Source of the DNA: the human T2T-CHM13v2.0 reference genome, Homo sapiens
NCBI RefSeq assembly: GCF_009914755.1
Contig: NC_060944.1
DNA length: 64,000 bases
Strand: one strand, 5' to 3'
The number at the start of each line of letters is the position of its first letter. The stretch's first letter is position 1. Position numbers and translations under genes: made by a program. Shown piece after piece: positions 22,631 through 48,202 of this stretch. The notes beneath the pieces were generated by a model that worked only from the letters and a program-made list of their open reading frames with translations, made no database searches and was not told where the DNA came from.

Positions 22631-23385
22631 CTACCTGGGGTGGATACTGTGGATGGACCTACCCAATCTCCATTTCATCCTGTTTCTGAGGTGCAGTGCC
22701 TAGAAAGTAACAGGGACCTCTGAAAGCTGGACCTGAGACTACCTGGTACAGCAGCCCAACATACACATTCCTCCCTCCAGGGACCAGCCTCCTGCCCTGG
22801 GCAGCATGAGCTCAGCTGTTTCCCAAGACAACAACTCTGGTATGCTCTGTTGTCTCCGCTCCCTGCGGACTGGCAATACGATCAGCAGGATGAAACTGTG
22901 CTGGGGACACTGAGTTGTTTTCTTCCATCTGATTTCTGCTTGCTGGACTAGCTCAGGAAGCCCAGACCCCAGGCATGTCTCCTGATAACAATGAGCATTT
23001 CATCACCACTGCAGGGAATTCAGAATTTATTCTGGACCTCCAAACATCACAGATAATATGACTAGAAAGTGCTGCTTCCAGGGTTGTCAGGTAGTAGGGC
23101 ACTGCAAGGTTGAATGCAACCTGCAGGATGGGTGAATTTTTCTCAATGTTATCAAGGAAATGCGGAAAATTCCAGGGTGCATAGGGGTGGGAGGTATTAA
23201 GAAAGACAGGTCCCGCTGGGCCAAACTCAGCACTCTTGGGGCAGAAGTGAATCAAGATCTTGCTGATCCAGAGGCTAGGAATACCTACTCAGTCCACTAG
23301 TATTAGCTGGAATGCCAGGTGGACTTAAGCCCAGCTCAAGGAGAGGTATTACTGTGGCAATTTGTTGCCATAAGAGACAAGCTCA

Positions 23386-23757
<372 letters not shown>

Positions 23758-23858
23758 TTAGATTTCAGAATGGTAGGTAAGAGCACGAAGAAAAGTCTAT
23801 TGCTGAATTCTACTGAACTTGCAAGGCATGCAGGCTGAAAATAAAGTATATTACTTAC

Positions 23859-23896
23859 CTTGTGAACACTGGTCAAGACATTTAGGAAAGAGAAAT
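23859..23896 (-). CDS. DNAAF9: DNAAF9 short coding exon (38 nt) FLFPKCLDQCSQ
   Basis: tttccccctag|A...AAG|gtaagt, phase 2/1; required to bridge the phases of the flanking exons. Confidence 0.9.
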
Positions 23897-25229
23897 CTAG
23901 GGGGAAAAAAGGGGGAAATATTTAAAAACCATTCACCTCAGAGTTGTCACTGATTATTTCCCATACAAATAGGAGTACCACTGACAAGCAAATTGACTCA
24001 CATGATGAGGCAGGTGGCAGCAGCACTGAGCACTAAGGATAGCCATGGGACTTTACAGCTTTCCGTCAAAGCTCCCCACACCAGGAGCCCCACAGAAGTC
24101 CCTACATGGCCAATTCTAAGTGGAATGCTGAAGGAGGGATACTGGGGACAGGACCAGCTCTTTGGTCTATGGGAGATGGAGAAAGAGCTGGTCTTTTTTG
24201 AAAGACATATGTTTTTGAGTAAAGTGGATATTTCAAGGGAAAATAAGAATTACACTCATCTAACTCTACCAGGGGCCTTTAATACCAAAGCTGCCATGCT
24301 TCTCTTTATGTACATGCTATAACCTCAATTCTCCTTTAATCTCATTCTTAACTCAAAAGGTGAATGAAAAGCAGGAAACTGACCATCTGAATTACAAGTG
24401 AAGCAAGAGGTGGGGGTGACTGATCCAAAGTGTGAGTTACTTAACAACTGTAGCACTGCAGTAGGCTCCAGAGAAAAACTCATATTCTCACAGGACTTCA
24501 GAACTCCTAAAACATCATAAGGCCTGTCTCAAGGAAGAAAGCTAACACTAATGGGGATAGCTGCCTTTTATGGAGTTCCTCCTGTGGGCAAGGCACTGTG
24601 CAGGCAGTTCACAAACATGATCTTGCTCTGTCGTCCTGTCTGCTCTGTGCCTCAGGTATCTAACAGATGAAAGGCATGGGTTTAGGACGGCTAAACACAC
24701 TAAGCTTGCCCAGTGTCTCACAGGCAGCTGGGAGGCAGCAGGGCTAAGGCAGGGACCCAGGTCTGTTTGGCACCACAGAGGTCCTGTGTTTTCTTCCCTG
24801 GCAATTGGGATGCTAGCTGAAGCCACTCTTCTGAATGGCTGCTGGTCTAGCTGGCAGTTATTAATGATGTTCGCAACACTGGGGGAGTTTCTCTCCTGGA
24901 ATTTCCTTGGTGGCAGCAAATCTTCATCCTTTTATTTGATTTCTGACAACAGCCAGTCACACATCATTTGAAACCAAATTTGGTAGATGAGCTGGGTGAA
25001 TACCAGGTTGGGCTGTGAATCCTGTTCCCTTACCTGACTCCCTCATAGTTTCTGAAGAATTCCAAGGAGGAAAACCCATGTGCTATAAGCAGGGTCAAAG
25101 GGGCTGGAACAAGGGAAGATACAGCCACACCAGAGTCTCCCAAGAATAGAACTCACTGACTTCACTGTGCTCACAGTCCACAGAAGGCTGCCACACAGTA
25201 AGCATTCTTTTACTTACTTTAAAGTTTTA

Positions 25230-26275
<1,046 letters not shown>

Positions 26276-26586
26276 TTAAATTATTTTTTAACAATATTTA
26301 GTACACACATGTTGGAGCACCCATTTATTTAGCAGGTATTTCATAAGTCCTTACTATGTACTATTAAACAGAAATAGTTCTCCCTCACAAAAGCTAAGCT
26401 TGTCTTCCATAATTCCTCTCTCTTCTTTGGCTATAAGTCCAAAGGGGTCTATTGAGGACCTAGCACTAATAAAAGAACAGCATTTACTACATACAAGGTG
26501 ACTAATGCATTCCAAAAGATCTGTCTTCTTCTGGTGGGTGGAAACAAATCACTTTCAGTACACTTACACACCATATCCTGTATCTA

Positions 26587-26742
<156 letters not shown>

Positions 26743-27199
26743 TCACTGACTGGCATTGCAAAGTGGAGGAAGAGGGGAATCCCGAATGGCTGATTGAACA
26801 AGGATGGAAAGAAAACCAAAAGGAAGAGCCCGCAATCTGGTCCCTTGGTGTCACTCCACTTCATGACATGCAGCCCCTGGAAGCTACAGTGTTTCTACAT
26901 TCCCAAGTTCCATTAGTCCTCATAACTGGGCAAGAGTGAGGGAAGAACCACCCTGCTCTGGAGGTAAAAGGAAGCCTGCAGGCGATCCTGGAGCTCTGAG
27001 GGTGGGACCTAGTGTCCTTAGGCCTGTTTTCTAATCAAGTTAGGAGCTCCTGCCACTTGCTTATTTTCTTTAGTAGCTCCTTTCTCTCCTTCCCACTTCT
27101 CAGAACACACAGGCAAGAGAGTGCGTCCGGACCCATCCAGGTCAGCAGACTCATCCATGTCAAATACAGCTCACATTGGTATCTCCTGCCTGGAACTCT

Positions 27200-28020
27200 C
27201 TCCAAACTCCAAACTCCTTGTCCTTTTCAGCAGATGGACTCTACTCTTTCAGATGCTAGGCTCAAATATATTTTTTTTGGTCTCCTTTGACTCCATTTTT
27301 TTCTGTCTTCAAAATATAACTAGAAGAGATCACTGCTTACACCCCCAAGCTCCCACTGGGTCCAAACTGTTATAATCTCTTGCTTAGATCACCCCAACAG
27401 CCTCCCAGCTGTCACTGCTTCTGTCCTTGCCTCTCTCTGATCTGTTTTCAACACAGATGCCAGAGAGATATGCTAAACCCAGAGTCAGATCATGTCATTT
27501 CTCTGCTCAAAACCCGCTGGTGGCTTCCATCTCACTCTGTGTGAAAGCCAAAGCCCTTACAATGTCCCAGGCAGCCCTCTATGATCTGACCCCCTATGGA
27601 GCAGCAAAGAATTTCATCTACTATCACTTCCCTTGCCCTAATCCAGCTACTTTGGTCTCCTGGCTCTTTTCTGAACATGCCAGGCATACTTCTACCTCTG
27701 CATTCTTTGCCCCCCTGCCTGGAATGTTCTTTTCCTCAGGTATCTGCATGGGTGGTTCTCTCTCCCTTCAGGTCTCTGCTCAGGCGGCATCTTACGGACA
27801 GGCATCCTCTGACTTCATACACCCTGTGTGATCAAGCAACCCTCGCTTCTTGGCATTCCCTACCTCCTCCTCCAAGTTTCTTCAAAGCCCCAATCGGCAG
27901 CTATTTATACCCTATTTTCTCATTTATTTGTTTACTGTCTCCATAATAAGAATGTCAGGTGGTTGTTGAGTACTGTAATCTCTGCTGCCTAAAGCAGGGT
28001 AGGTGAATAAACTGGATGTT
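27200..28020 (+). mobile_element. L2 3' remnant
   Basis: gtcagatcatgtcatttctctgctcaaaaccc...tggcttccatctcact...ctgcctggaatgttctt. Confidence 0.75.
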
Positions 28021-29120
28021 CAACCCTGAGCAGGCCCCTGGCCACTTCAAGAGGGGACCTAGCCTCTTCACCTTGTAGAGGAGAACTCTTTCCTGATTGA
28101 TCCGGCCTATCACCAAAAGGTTTGTTCCTATGGAAATAAGTCAAACCTAACAGGCAGCTTTTCTGATCAGATGGGCCTGGTTTAGCCTGAGCCCTTTGGA
28201 AGCCAGTGGTGGTGGTATGGACAGGTACAGCCTGCTTGAGTTGTTCTTGAGTTCCTACGAACAACTCATCTGTAAAAAGGCCCTTGGCTTTATCCCCAGA
28301 CTGCAATACTCCACCCCACCCCAGGTTCTCCTGAGTCCTGATCAGCTGGCAGTGCTTCAGTAGAGAACGGGGTTTACTAGGTTCTAAGAGTTCCCCCAGG
28401 GGGGCCTGACAGCCCTCTGCTCACAGCCTTCTCTTCTTCAGGGATTCTCCCCCTGCCTGGGCATGTATGTATGACCACACGCGGCTCTTTCCACTGAGTG
28501 CCTGGCTGGGCCTGGATGCCAGGAGAGTCCCACCCACAACACGCACTGCCAGGCCCATAGAGAAGCACGCCTGGTAAGCAGGGCTGGCGTGTGCATGCTG
28601 TTCTGCATCCCTCTGTGGTGGTGTTTAATGGAGTTAATGGATTTAACTCTTACAGTTAATGTGAAACATGTGCTCACTCAGATTGTAGGCTTAAATTGCA
28701 AACATAAAACAGCCTACAGGAGACTTCAGTGTAAGCAGTAGAGACTCATTTCTTAGGGGAGCAAAGGACAACGGAAAAGGATTCACAAGTCATGCTTGAG
28801 GAGTCATTTTAATATAACAGGATTTCCCTTAGAGAGAGTGCCTGGGGAATTTCTAGGTTTTCAGAGCATTTCATTAATTTCCATTGACTTTAATGGAAAA
28901 AGGTTAGAGTAAAAAACAGGCCCCTGTCTCCTTGATGAGGCCTATACATCTGGGCACTGCCTCAAGAGAGAAGGCCCCAGGCCATTCACTCTATCCATTA
29001 GGGGAATCCCTGTTAGAACCTCCCTCCCTCCCCAGCCCCATAATCATCCTGGGTGAGGCCTCCAGACAGAAAGAGCACCCCCTACCCAGAAGGAAGCACC
29101 ACGCTCAAGTTACTAGAGTC

Positions 29121-31024
<1,904 letters not shown>

Positions 31025-32577
31025 CTAAATAATGGGCATGAAGGCCCAGCCCCAAGATGATGGACATGCTATAAAGGAGGGTGCTACATGGGCCCAGCTG
31101 GTAAGAACAGCGTCTTAGTGAAGAGCCACAGCATTTAGCTAGTATTCTGACTGGAGTCCTCCAGGAAATTGACTAGAGGTCCCCATATCCTGGGGCTGTG
31201 ATGGGACAAAGGCTGGGTTTACAGTATAAGAGTGGTCTGGTCACACTGTCACTGTAGTCCAGAAGCAGCTAGAAAAGCTGACACTTTTGCAGAATTGTAA
31301 AGTCAGAGACAAAAAATCAGTGATGCTCTCCGAAGTGATGGAAGATGGAAATGACCTCAACTGCACATTGTCAAGCTGCTGAATTCACCTCCAGGTCCAC
31401 ACCCTCGGTGACTCTCAACTGGTGGGGGCAGGCAGTAAAGGAGGTGGGCCAACCCATTCCTTTGACCAGTAGAAACAATGAAAAACCAGAAGAAAACAAG
31501 TGGTTTCAAGCCCAGACTCTTCCTCTGGTTTCTAGGACCTTGCCCACAAGCAGGACAAAAGGGCTGACAGAAGGTAAGCTGGAGGCAAGGTATGAGAACA
31601 AGGCTCGAAAGGGAAAGATGGCCTGCTAGGGTACACCGTCCCACCTGCCTCCTTCCTCAGTACCACTCTCCCAGCTTTGCTCCAATTCCCATCATCACAG
31701 CCAGGACACCAAAGGGGCTTTGGATTGGGACCCATTCTTTACTGGAAACAACTAGCCAATTGCAAACACTAACATAGCACAAAAGCACTTTGTAAGAACT
31801 ACCAAAAGCTTCTTTATTACCACCAACCATAACAACATTAGTGAAAAGCATGGCTCCTGTTTTCCTGACTGCGCATTCCCCTCTGAGCCTGGAGTGGTGA
31901 TGGGTCTGTGAGGGGCTCCTCCCTGAAAGGCCTTAGAACAGGTCAAAAGAAACTCCTTTCAGCCAGGGTCCCCTGGAGCAGTGGTACAAGCTCTGTCAAA
32001 CCTGCCCTCCCGTGTTGCACACTCAAAATAATCATGCTTACAGAGACTTCATGAGCTAGTCAGCCTATAATCATAGTTCTGCACACAGCCATGAAAGGGG
32101 AGCTTCTTACCCAATATGAATATTCCCACTCCTCACTGAAGGTCCCAGGAAACTCTCCTGGGCCACAATCCAGGGCATGGTGAAGCTGGAGACTGCAGAG
32201 TATGAGGGTCATCTCTGCAATTCCACAAGAGGGAGGACTGAAACAGATGAAGCTCCCTTATTTAGATGATGAATGAAGACTTAGGGACCACTACTGCTGC
32301 AAAAATTCCCAATGAATCTTGCCAGGTTCCCTAATTCCCCACCTTGTGGGGATATGATGATGTTAAATCCAAACTTAAAACTTGTGTGCAAGCTATACTA
32401 GCCTATAGGCCATAGGATGGCAATAGGGTCATTGCTCGCTTAAGGCTTCTCTGTAGCGCAGACACTGCTCATGCATGTAGAGTCTGTTCTGTGCTCCAGG
32501 TTTGTTACACATAAAATAAGAGTAATGGCAAGGTCATCACCCTGATTCGACTGTTTCCAGGAGACTTCCAATGCTCA

Positions 32578-32796
<219 letters not shown>

Positions 32797-33113
32797 TCAG
32801 CCATGGATTCAAATGTGACCATGAGTCCTAAAGCCATTCTGCCCAGTGAATCCATTCAGGAGAAAGCCATCTTGGCCTCACAGAAAAAAGGCAGAGGGCA
32901 CTGGATGGGTTGGAAGCCCAGTATCCTGAAACCACTGTCACTGGGGCTTTTGATAGGAAACCCCTTGCCATAGGGAAAATGGTCAGGTAAGCACTTGACC
33001 AACAGACATCAGAGGTAAGAAAGACTCCTTCTGACCAGGCAGTCACTTTCTGAAGGACCATGCAAAAGATGGCTTCAGTTAGTCTCTTGCTAAGAATCAG
33101 AAATGGGCAGGGT

Positions 33114-34950
<1,837 letters not shown>

Positions 34951-35035
34951 GAATGGCTGACTACCATGCTGATACCAGTCCCACCAAGGCCAGTACATGT
35001 CTAAGGTTTTCCAGTGCCTAGGCAGGCCCAAGTTA

Positions 35036-35164
<129 letters not shown>

Positions 35165-35648
35165 CTACATGAAGAAAAAGTCATGGGTTTGCAATTCAAC
35201 TGCATTGCATTATGTAAGAAGAGGTTAAGAGAACTGACTTCTGGTGCCAAGCATTGTGGGTGTGAACCTCAGTATGACCTCTCACTAACTCTGTGACCTT
35301 AGGCCAATGACAGAACCTATATTGTAAAGTGGGTGTGAGGATTAACTGGGTTAACATAAGCAAAGTGTTTAGAACAGTGCTTGCCATGTAGCAAATACCA
35401 TATAAAATGTAGTGTTACTAGTTTAATTTTTACTAGAGTAGTAACACTAATTAGAGCATATTGTGAATAGATTAGTTAAAATACAATGCATTAAAGGACC
35501 TACCTGCTTGAGACCACAGATCTCTTCTGTAAAGCAGACATTCAGGGATATTATGACTTTTTTTCCCAGTAGTAACTATTTCTTAGGAAAACACTGGGCA
35601 GAAAGGAGGTCTGGGACAAAAATGCCCCAGGCTACACTGGTGTAGTAA

Positions 35649-35972
<324 letters not shown>

Positions 35973-36258
35973 TGATCCACCCGCCTTGGCCTCCCAAAGT
36001 GCTGGAATTACAGGCGTGAGCCACCGCACCTGGCCGACCAGGGCTAAGTCTTACTCACTGTGCGTGTGAAGCACTTGTGATTCTGGAAGAGAAGAGGGGC
36101 CAGGCTGAACTGTCCTAACCTTATTATACACCCACAGGAAAATAGGTCCCCTTTCAGGTAGATATTCCAAAGCAACTTAATAAATTCACTGAAAAAGGAG
36201 GCATCAGGCAGGTGAGGACAGGAACCCTGCAATCACCGAGGGAGGTCTATGTAAATGA

Positions 36259-36570
<312 letters not shown>

Positions 36571-36594
36571 TGAGCCACCAGCCCAGCCTGTTAA

Positions 36595-37183
<589 letters not shown>

Positions 37184-37606
37184 TGATCCACCTACCTCGA
37201 CCTCCCAAAGTGCTGGGATTACAGGCATGAGCCATGCCGCCTGGGCGAGCACCTTTTAATAAAATACAACAAGTAGGTATGCTTTACAAACAGATGCTTT
37301 ACACTCTTGCCTAAGGGAAAAAATGACGTTTCTCATTGCTTAGTGCTTTTATTTCCTTTTGCAGCTGAGTATCTTCTAGACTTGCATGGAAATAAATATC
37401 CTCTTTGAGCCTATTAAGACTTATGGTTCTGGGCTGGGCGCGGTGGCTCATGTCTGTAAACCCAGCACTTTGGGAGGCCGAGGCGGGAGGATCACTCGAA
37501 GTCAGGAGATCAAGACCAGCCTGGCAACATGGTGAAACTCTGCCTTTACTAAAAATACAAAAATTAGCTGGGCTTGGTGGCACATGCCTGTAATCCCAGC
37601 TACTCA

Positions 37607-38049
<443 letters not shown>

Positions 38050-38052
38050 CTA

Positions 38053-38439
<387 letters not shown>

Positions 38440-38993
38440 CTAGTCAACATGGTGAAACCCTGTCTCTACTAAAAATACAAAAATTAGCCAGGCGTGGTGG
38501 TGCATGCCTGTAATCCCAGCTACTCAGGAGGCTGAGGCGGGACAATCACTTGAGCCCAGGGGGCGGAGGTTGCAGTGAGCCGAGATCACGCCAGTGCACT
38601 CCAGCCTGGGTGACAAAAAAAAAAAAAAAAAAAAAAAATCCACTCTGGGGAAGATAGTGTTTATAAAGTATCACTTTACCCTGCTGATTCCGGCAAGGCC
38701 TGAATAACATGGGTGCCCTTCCCTGTATTAAGTGCAATGTGTCAACCACTGCCAGGTAAGTTCCTGTCACAATCAGGAAGAGCTGATGGCATGAAAGCAC
38801 TGAGTAGGAGTTTAAATGTTCTTGAGAGGCCAGGGAAGGGCACGGCAAGATGCTAGGGTTTTGTCACTGTCATGAGGCTTGGCTGGGGTTAATGTAGACA
38901 CCTGACACAGTCATTGTATACAGCAGGTTACATGTTATCATTACATTTCAGGATCCAAGGAAGTGGAGAGTCCTGTAACAGGGACTCCATCTA

Positions 38994-39224
<231 letters not shown>

Positions 39225-39474
39225 CTATTATGTTACCATCCTAGCCTGTCCTGAAGGTGCCTACTCACATGAAAAAGTTTTTACTTAATTGCTGAAAAAT
39301 AAACCTTGGAGAGATTCTCTCTAGAGAATAAAATTGTGTACAGTGTGTTACTGCGACATTTTACAGTGATCTCTAAGAAACTACAAGAAAAAGGAGCTTA
39401 AAAGGACCAACACTGAGGTTTCCGACATTTCAAAAGCCAGAATATTAAACATCTATAAACAGAACCAGAGCTTA

Positions 39475-39600
<126 letters not shown>

Positions 39601-39783
39601 TTAGAAGTCCATCTTCCTTCAGCATATACACTTTACACAACTGGGCCTGATGCTTTCAAGCCAGAGTCCAATGACAGAGTCAACTCTTCCAAAACACACA
39701 TCTCAGACTTAAACAAAATGAGGTGTTAGTGCATGATGATGGGTAAGTCCACATAGAAAGGTTGGCCTGAAATCCCTTGATAA

Positions 39784-40053
<270 letters not shown>

Positions 40054-40100
40054 TGATCCGCCCACCTCGGCCTCCCAAAGTGCTGGGATTACAGGCATGA

Positions 40101-40346
<246 letters not shown>

Positions 40347-40426
40347 TGAACTCCTGACCTCAGGTGATCCACCACCTCGGCCTCCCAAAGTGCTGGGATT
40401 ACAGGCGTGAACCACTGCGCCTGACC

Positions 40427-41324
40427 TTTTTTTTTTTTTTTAAAGAAGCCCAAACACATTTTCTTGCTGTATTTATGTTGAATTCCCCATCTACAATGAG
40501 CAGTCACGAAGATGGTCTTCTTCAGGGCAACATGGTCACAGGACTGGGGCAATCCAGGGGACTGAGAGGGAGCGTGAGGATGGGAGGTGGGGCTACCTCC
40601 TGCTGTTTCACATTAGAGACAAACTGTAACACAGTCCATGGGCCTGCAACCGTCCCCTTTTATTATCTGGCATAACGCGTGATGTAGTTGTCCACTTTAT
40701 TCTGGAAGTCCTCCTTGTCCTGCAAATGATGTTCTGCAGCTTCAATATTCAGTGGATCATCAAAATTCAAAAATCAGTAAACAAAGAGTTTAATCCCCAA
40801 ACGACATCCTTTAATGTTCTCATGGGAGCCCAGCCAGTGCCGTCAATTGAATGTTCTCTCAGTAAACTCAGACATATTTCCCCTGTCTCTGTGATGTTGG
40901 GGTGCCAGATCTTGGTCAGGCATTTCACTTTGGGAGGCACCATGTTGTACACATCGGGAACTTCGGTTTCAAGCTGAAATTTTCCACCCTGGTAGTAACC
41001 CTCATCTGGAGTTACTGTTAGCTGAGAACAGTGAAGCTTGTTTGGATCAGGAAAATGCACTTTACATGTACAAGGTAAATTAGCTTCAAGTTCTGCAACC
41101 TCTGTAGTCCCACCTGCTAAGCGGGAGGATAACCTGAGCCTAGGAGGTCAAGGCTGCAGTGAGCCAGGACCGCACCACTGCACTCTACCCGGGGTGACAG
41201 AGTAAGACACTGGGCGCCCCCCAAGACAGGTGAGACGGGCCCGGCGCCCAACACCATGCTTGGCCCGGGTCAGGGCTGTGAGACGTGGCCCCTCACAGCC
41301 ACACTGGCTCCTGGCAGTGGGGAC
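40427..41324 (-). pseudogene. Processed pseudogene of UBE2F (NEDD8 E2): GC-rich 5'UTR, Alu-derived segment, intronless CDS from E40 to stop, ~220 nt 3'UTR, poly(A)
   Basis: Intronless [24 protein letters not shown]...[28 protein letters not shown]...FTD, then a 1-nt frameshift near 40770, then [28 protein letters not shown] (TAA 40663-40665). T-run at 40427-40441 is the A-tail. ATG exon absent. Confidence 0.93.
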
Positions 41325-41807
41325 ATTTTTCGTTTTTTTTTTTGAGAAAGGGTCTTGTTTCATCACTCAGGCTGAAGTGCAATGGCATGGTCACGGCTCA
41401 CTGCAACCTTGAATTCCTGGGCTCAAGTAACCCTTCCACCCCGGCCTCCTGACTAGCTGAGACTACAGGCATGTGCCACCATACCCAGCTAATTTTTTAT
41501 TTTTTGTAGGGACGGGGTCTCACTATGTTGCCCAGGCAGGCTAGTCTCTAATTCTTGTGCTCAATTCATCCTCCTGCCTCAGCCTCCCAAAGTGTTGGGA
41601 TTACAAGTGTGAGGCACTGCACATGGCCCTCTCTTGCCTTCTATTCCCCCAAGGGCACCGGCTACCTGCAAGTTGGCAGCATTGAAATGTCTGTGTTGAC
41701 CCTTTCAGAAGCCAAGACCCCTGTGTTACATAATGCGAGGCATCCTGCAGAGAGAGCACACCCACAAAGCCTAGGGAAGCAAGCACAAATACTGAAGCAG
41801 CCACTTA

Positions 41808-41897
<90 letters not shown>

Positions 41898-42919
41898 CTA
41901 AACAAAACAGAATTTGAGCAAAGAACACTTTAAACCCAACAACAGGATATGGAAGCCACATGGGGATTTGATGGTTGTTGAAAATCTAGACTGTCACTGC
42001 AGAGAAAATGACTATAACAAACAAGTTTGCTTCAAAAATAGAGGCCTGAAGCAATTTTGTTCTGTATTTTTAAAAACCAGAATGTCTTTCTGGGTTACTC
42101 CCCCAGGGATTCTGCTCCTTGAGAGGTCAGGAAGTAAGGAGAAAGGGGTCGGGTAACACTGTCCTAGCAGCAGACGCATGTTCTCCTCTAGGGAGACAGA
42201 AAGGAGTGGTTCAAGCAACTCCTGCCAAGAAGCAGAGGGATGGCTGAAGAGAACCTAAAGAGCCGTCTTTATTTTCCCAGATTGAAAGGACAAGCACAAG
42301 GAGGTAAAAAGGTCCAGCAAAGGTGGAAGACACAGACTGGGCTGAGAAGCTATACTATAGCCAAGGTCAACTCTTGCATCCTCTATGGTCTGCGAATCTG
42401 ACCTGAGGGAGGAACACTGTCCCCTCACAAGCTGCTGTAATCACACCTTTCCAAGAATTCCCACTAGTCATGAGGCTGGCCATCAGTTTGGCTTTGGCTA
42501 TTGCTTGGTCTCTAAGTGGGTCGTTTCATTCTCGTAAACTCCCTCATCTATGCCATCTGTGCTGAGTATCTATAAAGTGCAGCCTGCCAGGTGGTACCAT
42601 TCGCAAGGGCAGGGACTGGCCCATGGGGAAGGAGACTATAGGGTGGCAAAGAGAACACTAATTCAGTAGGTAGGGCCCAACAATTCAATAAAGTAGCTAA
42701 ATAAGAGATAACTCTAATTAGGATTTAAAGGACAAAGCAGATTTTTCTTAAAGGCTAAAAACCCTCTTGTTCAGTTTCTTCCAGCTCTCACCTCTCATTG
42801 CCAACAGCACCACTCCAGAACTTGAAGGGATTAGAAGCAGTCACCCCACACCATCCAGCCCTCCTAACTCTCCCTCTCATCACTTCACTGTTAGCCCCAA
42901 AATGATGCCTTACCATTTA

Positions 42920-43123
<204 letters not shown>

Positions 43124-43400
43124 CTAAAGCGAAAAGGAGGGAGCATCAGCAAGAAGAGCATCTGCACAATTACAGCACTCACAACTACTGCCAGAACACA
43201 CAGGATCAATTTCAGTACAATTATTGTCACATTACGTAGTTCACTGTGGTTCAGTATAGATGTGCTTTACTTATAGGAGATATAGGAAATAAAAGGATTT
43301 TTTTTTTGAGACAGGGTCTTGCTCTGTCACCCAGGCTAGAGTGTGATGGCTCACTGCAGCCATCAAGTGATCCTTCTACCTCAGCCCTTCAAGTAGCTGA

Positions 43401-43562
<162 letters not shown>

Positions 43563-43611
43563 TAATCTGGATTTTTTTCCCCTATACTGAAAATGTCATC
43601 TCAAAATTCAC

Positions 43612-45860
<2,249 letters not shown>

Positions 45861-45959
45861 AAAAATTATAAAAATACAACAGAGAAGAAAGTTTTAAAAA
45901 AATTAATAGAAAGTCCCATCACCTAAACCCAACTACAGCTAACATTTAGTACTTTTGTT

Positions 45960-48202
<2,243 letters not shown>

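Noticed and set aside
22953-23255. 100-aa minus-strand ORF as an extra DNAAF9 exon or nested gene
   Set aside because: Flanking exons already join in frame and the peptide has no recognisable homology.
35410-35449. 11-bp perfect inverted repeat TAGTGTTACTA/TAGTAACACTA
   Set aside because: Short, AT-rich, at a MIR edge; no evidence of function.
40767-41060. 97-aa UBC-domain ORF as a functional gene
   Set aside because: Starts at GTG, lacks the N-terminal exon, is truncated by a frameshift and is intronless with an A-tail: a processed pseudogene.
40420-41345. Target-site duplication for the UBE2F retrocopy
   Set aside because: Both ends abut Alus and A-rich tails; no convincing TSD could be read.
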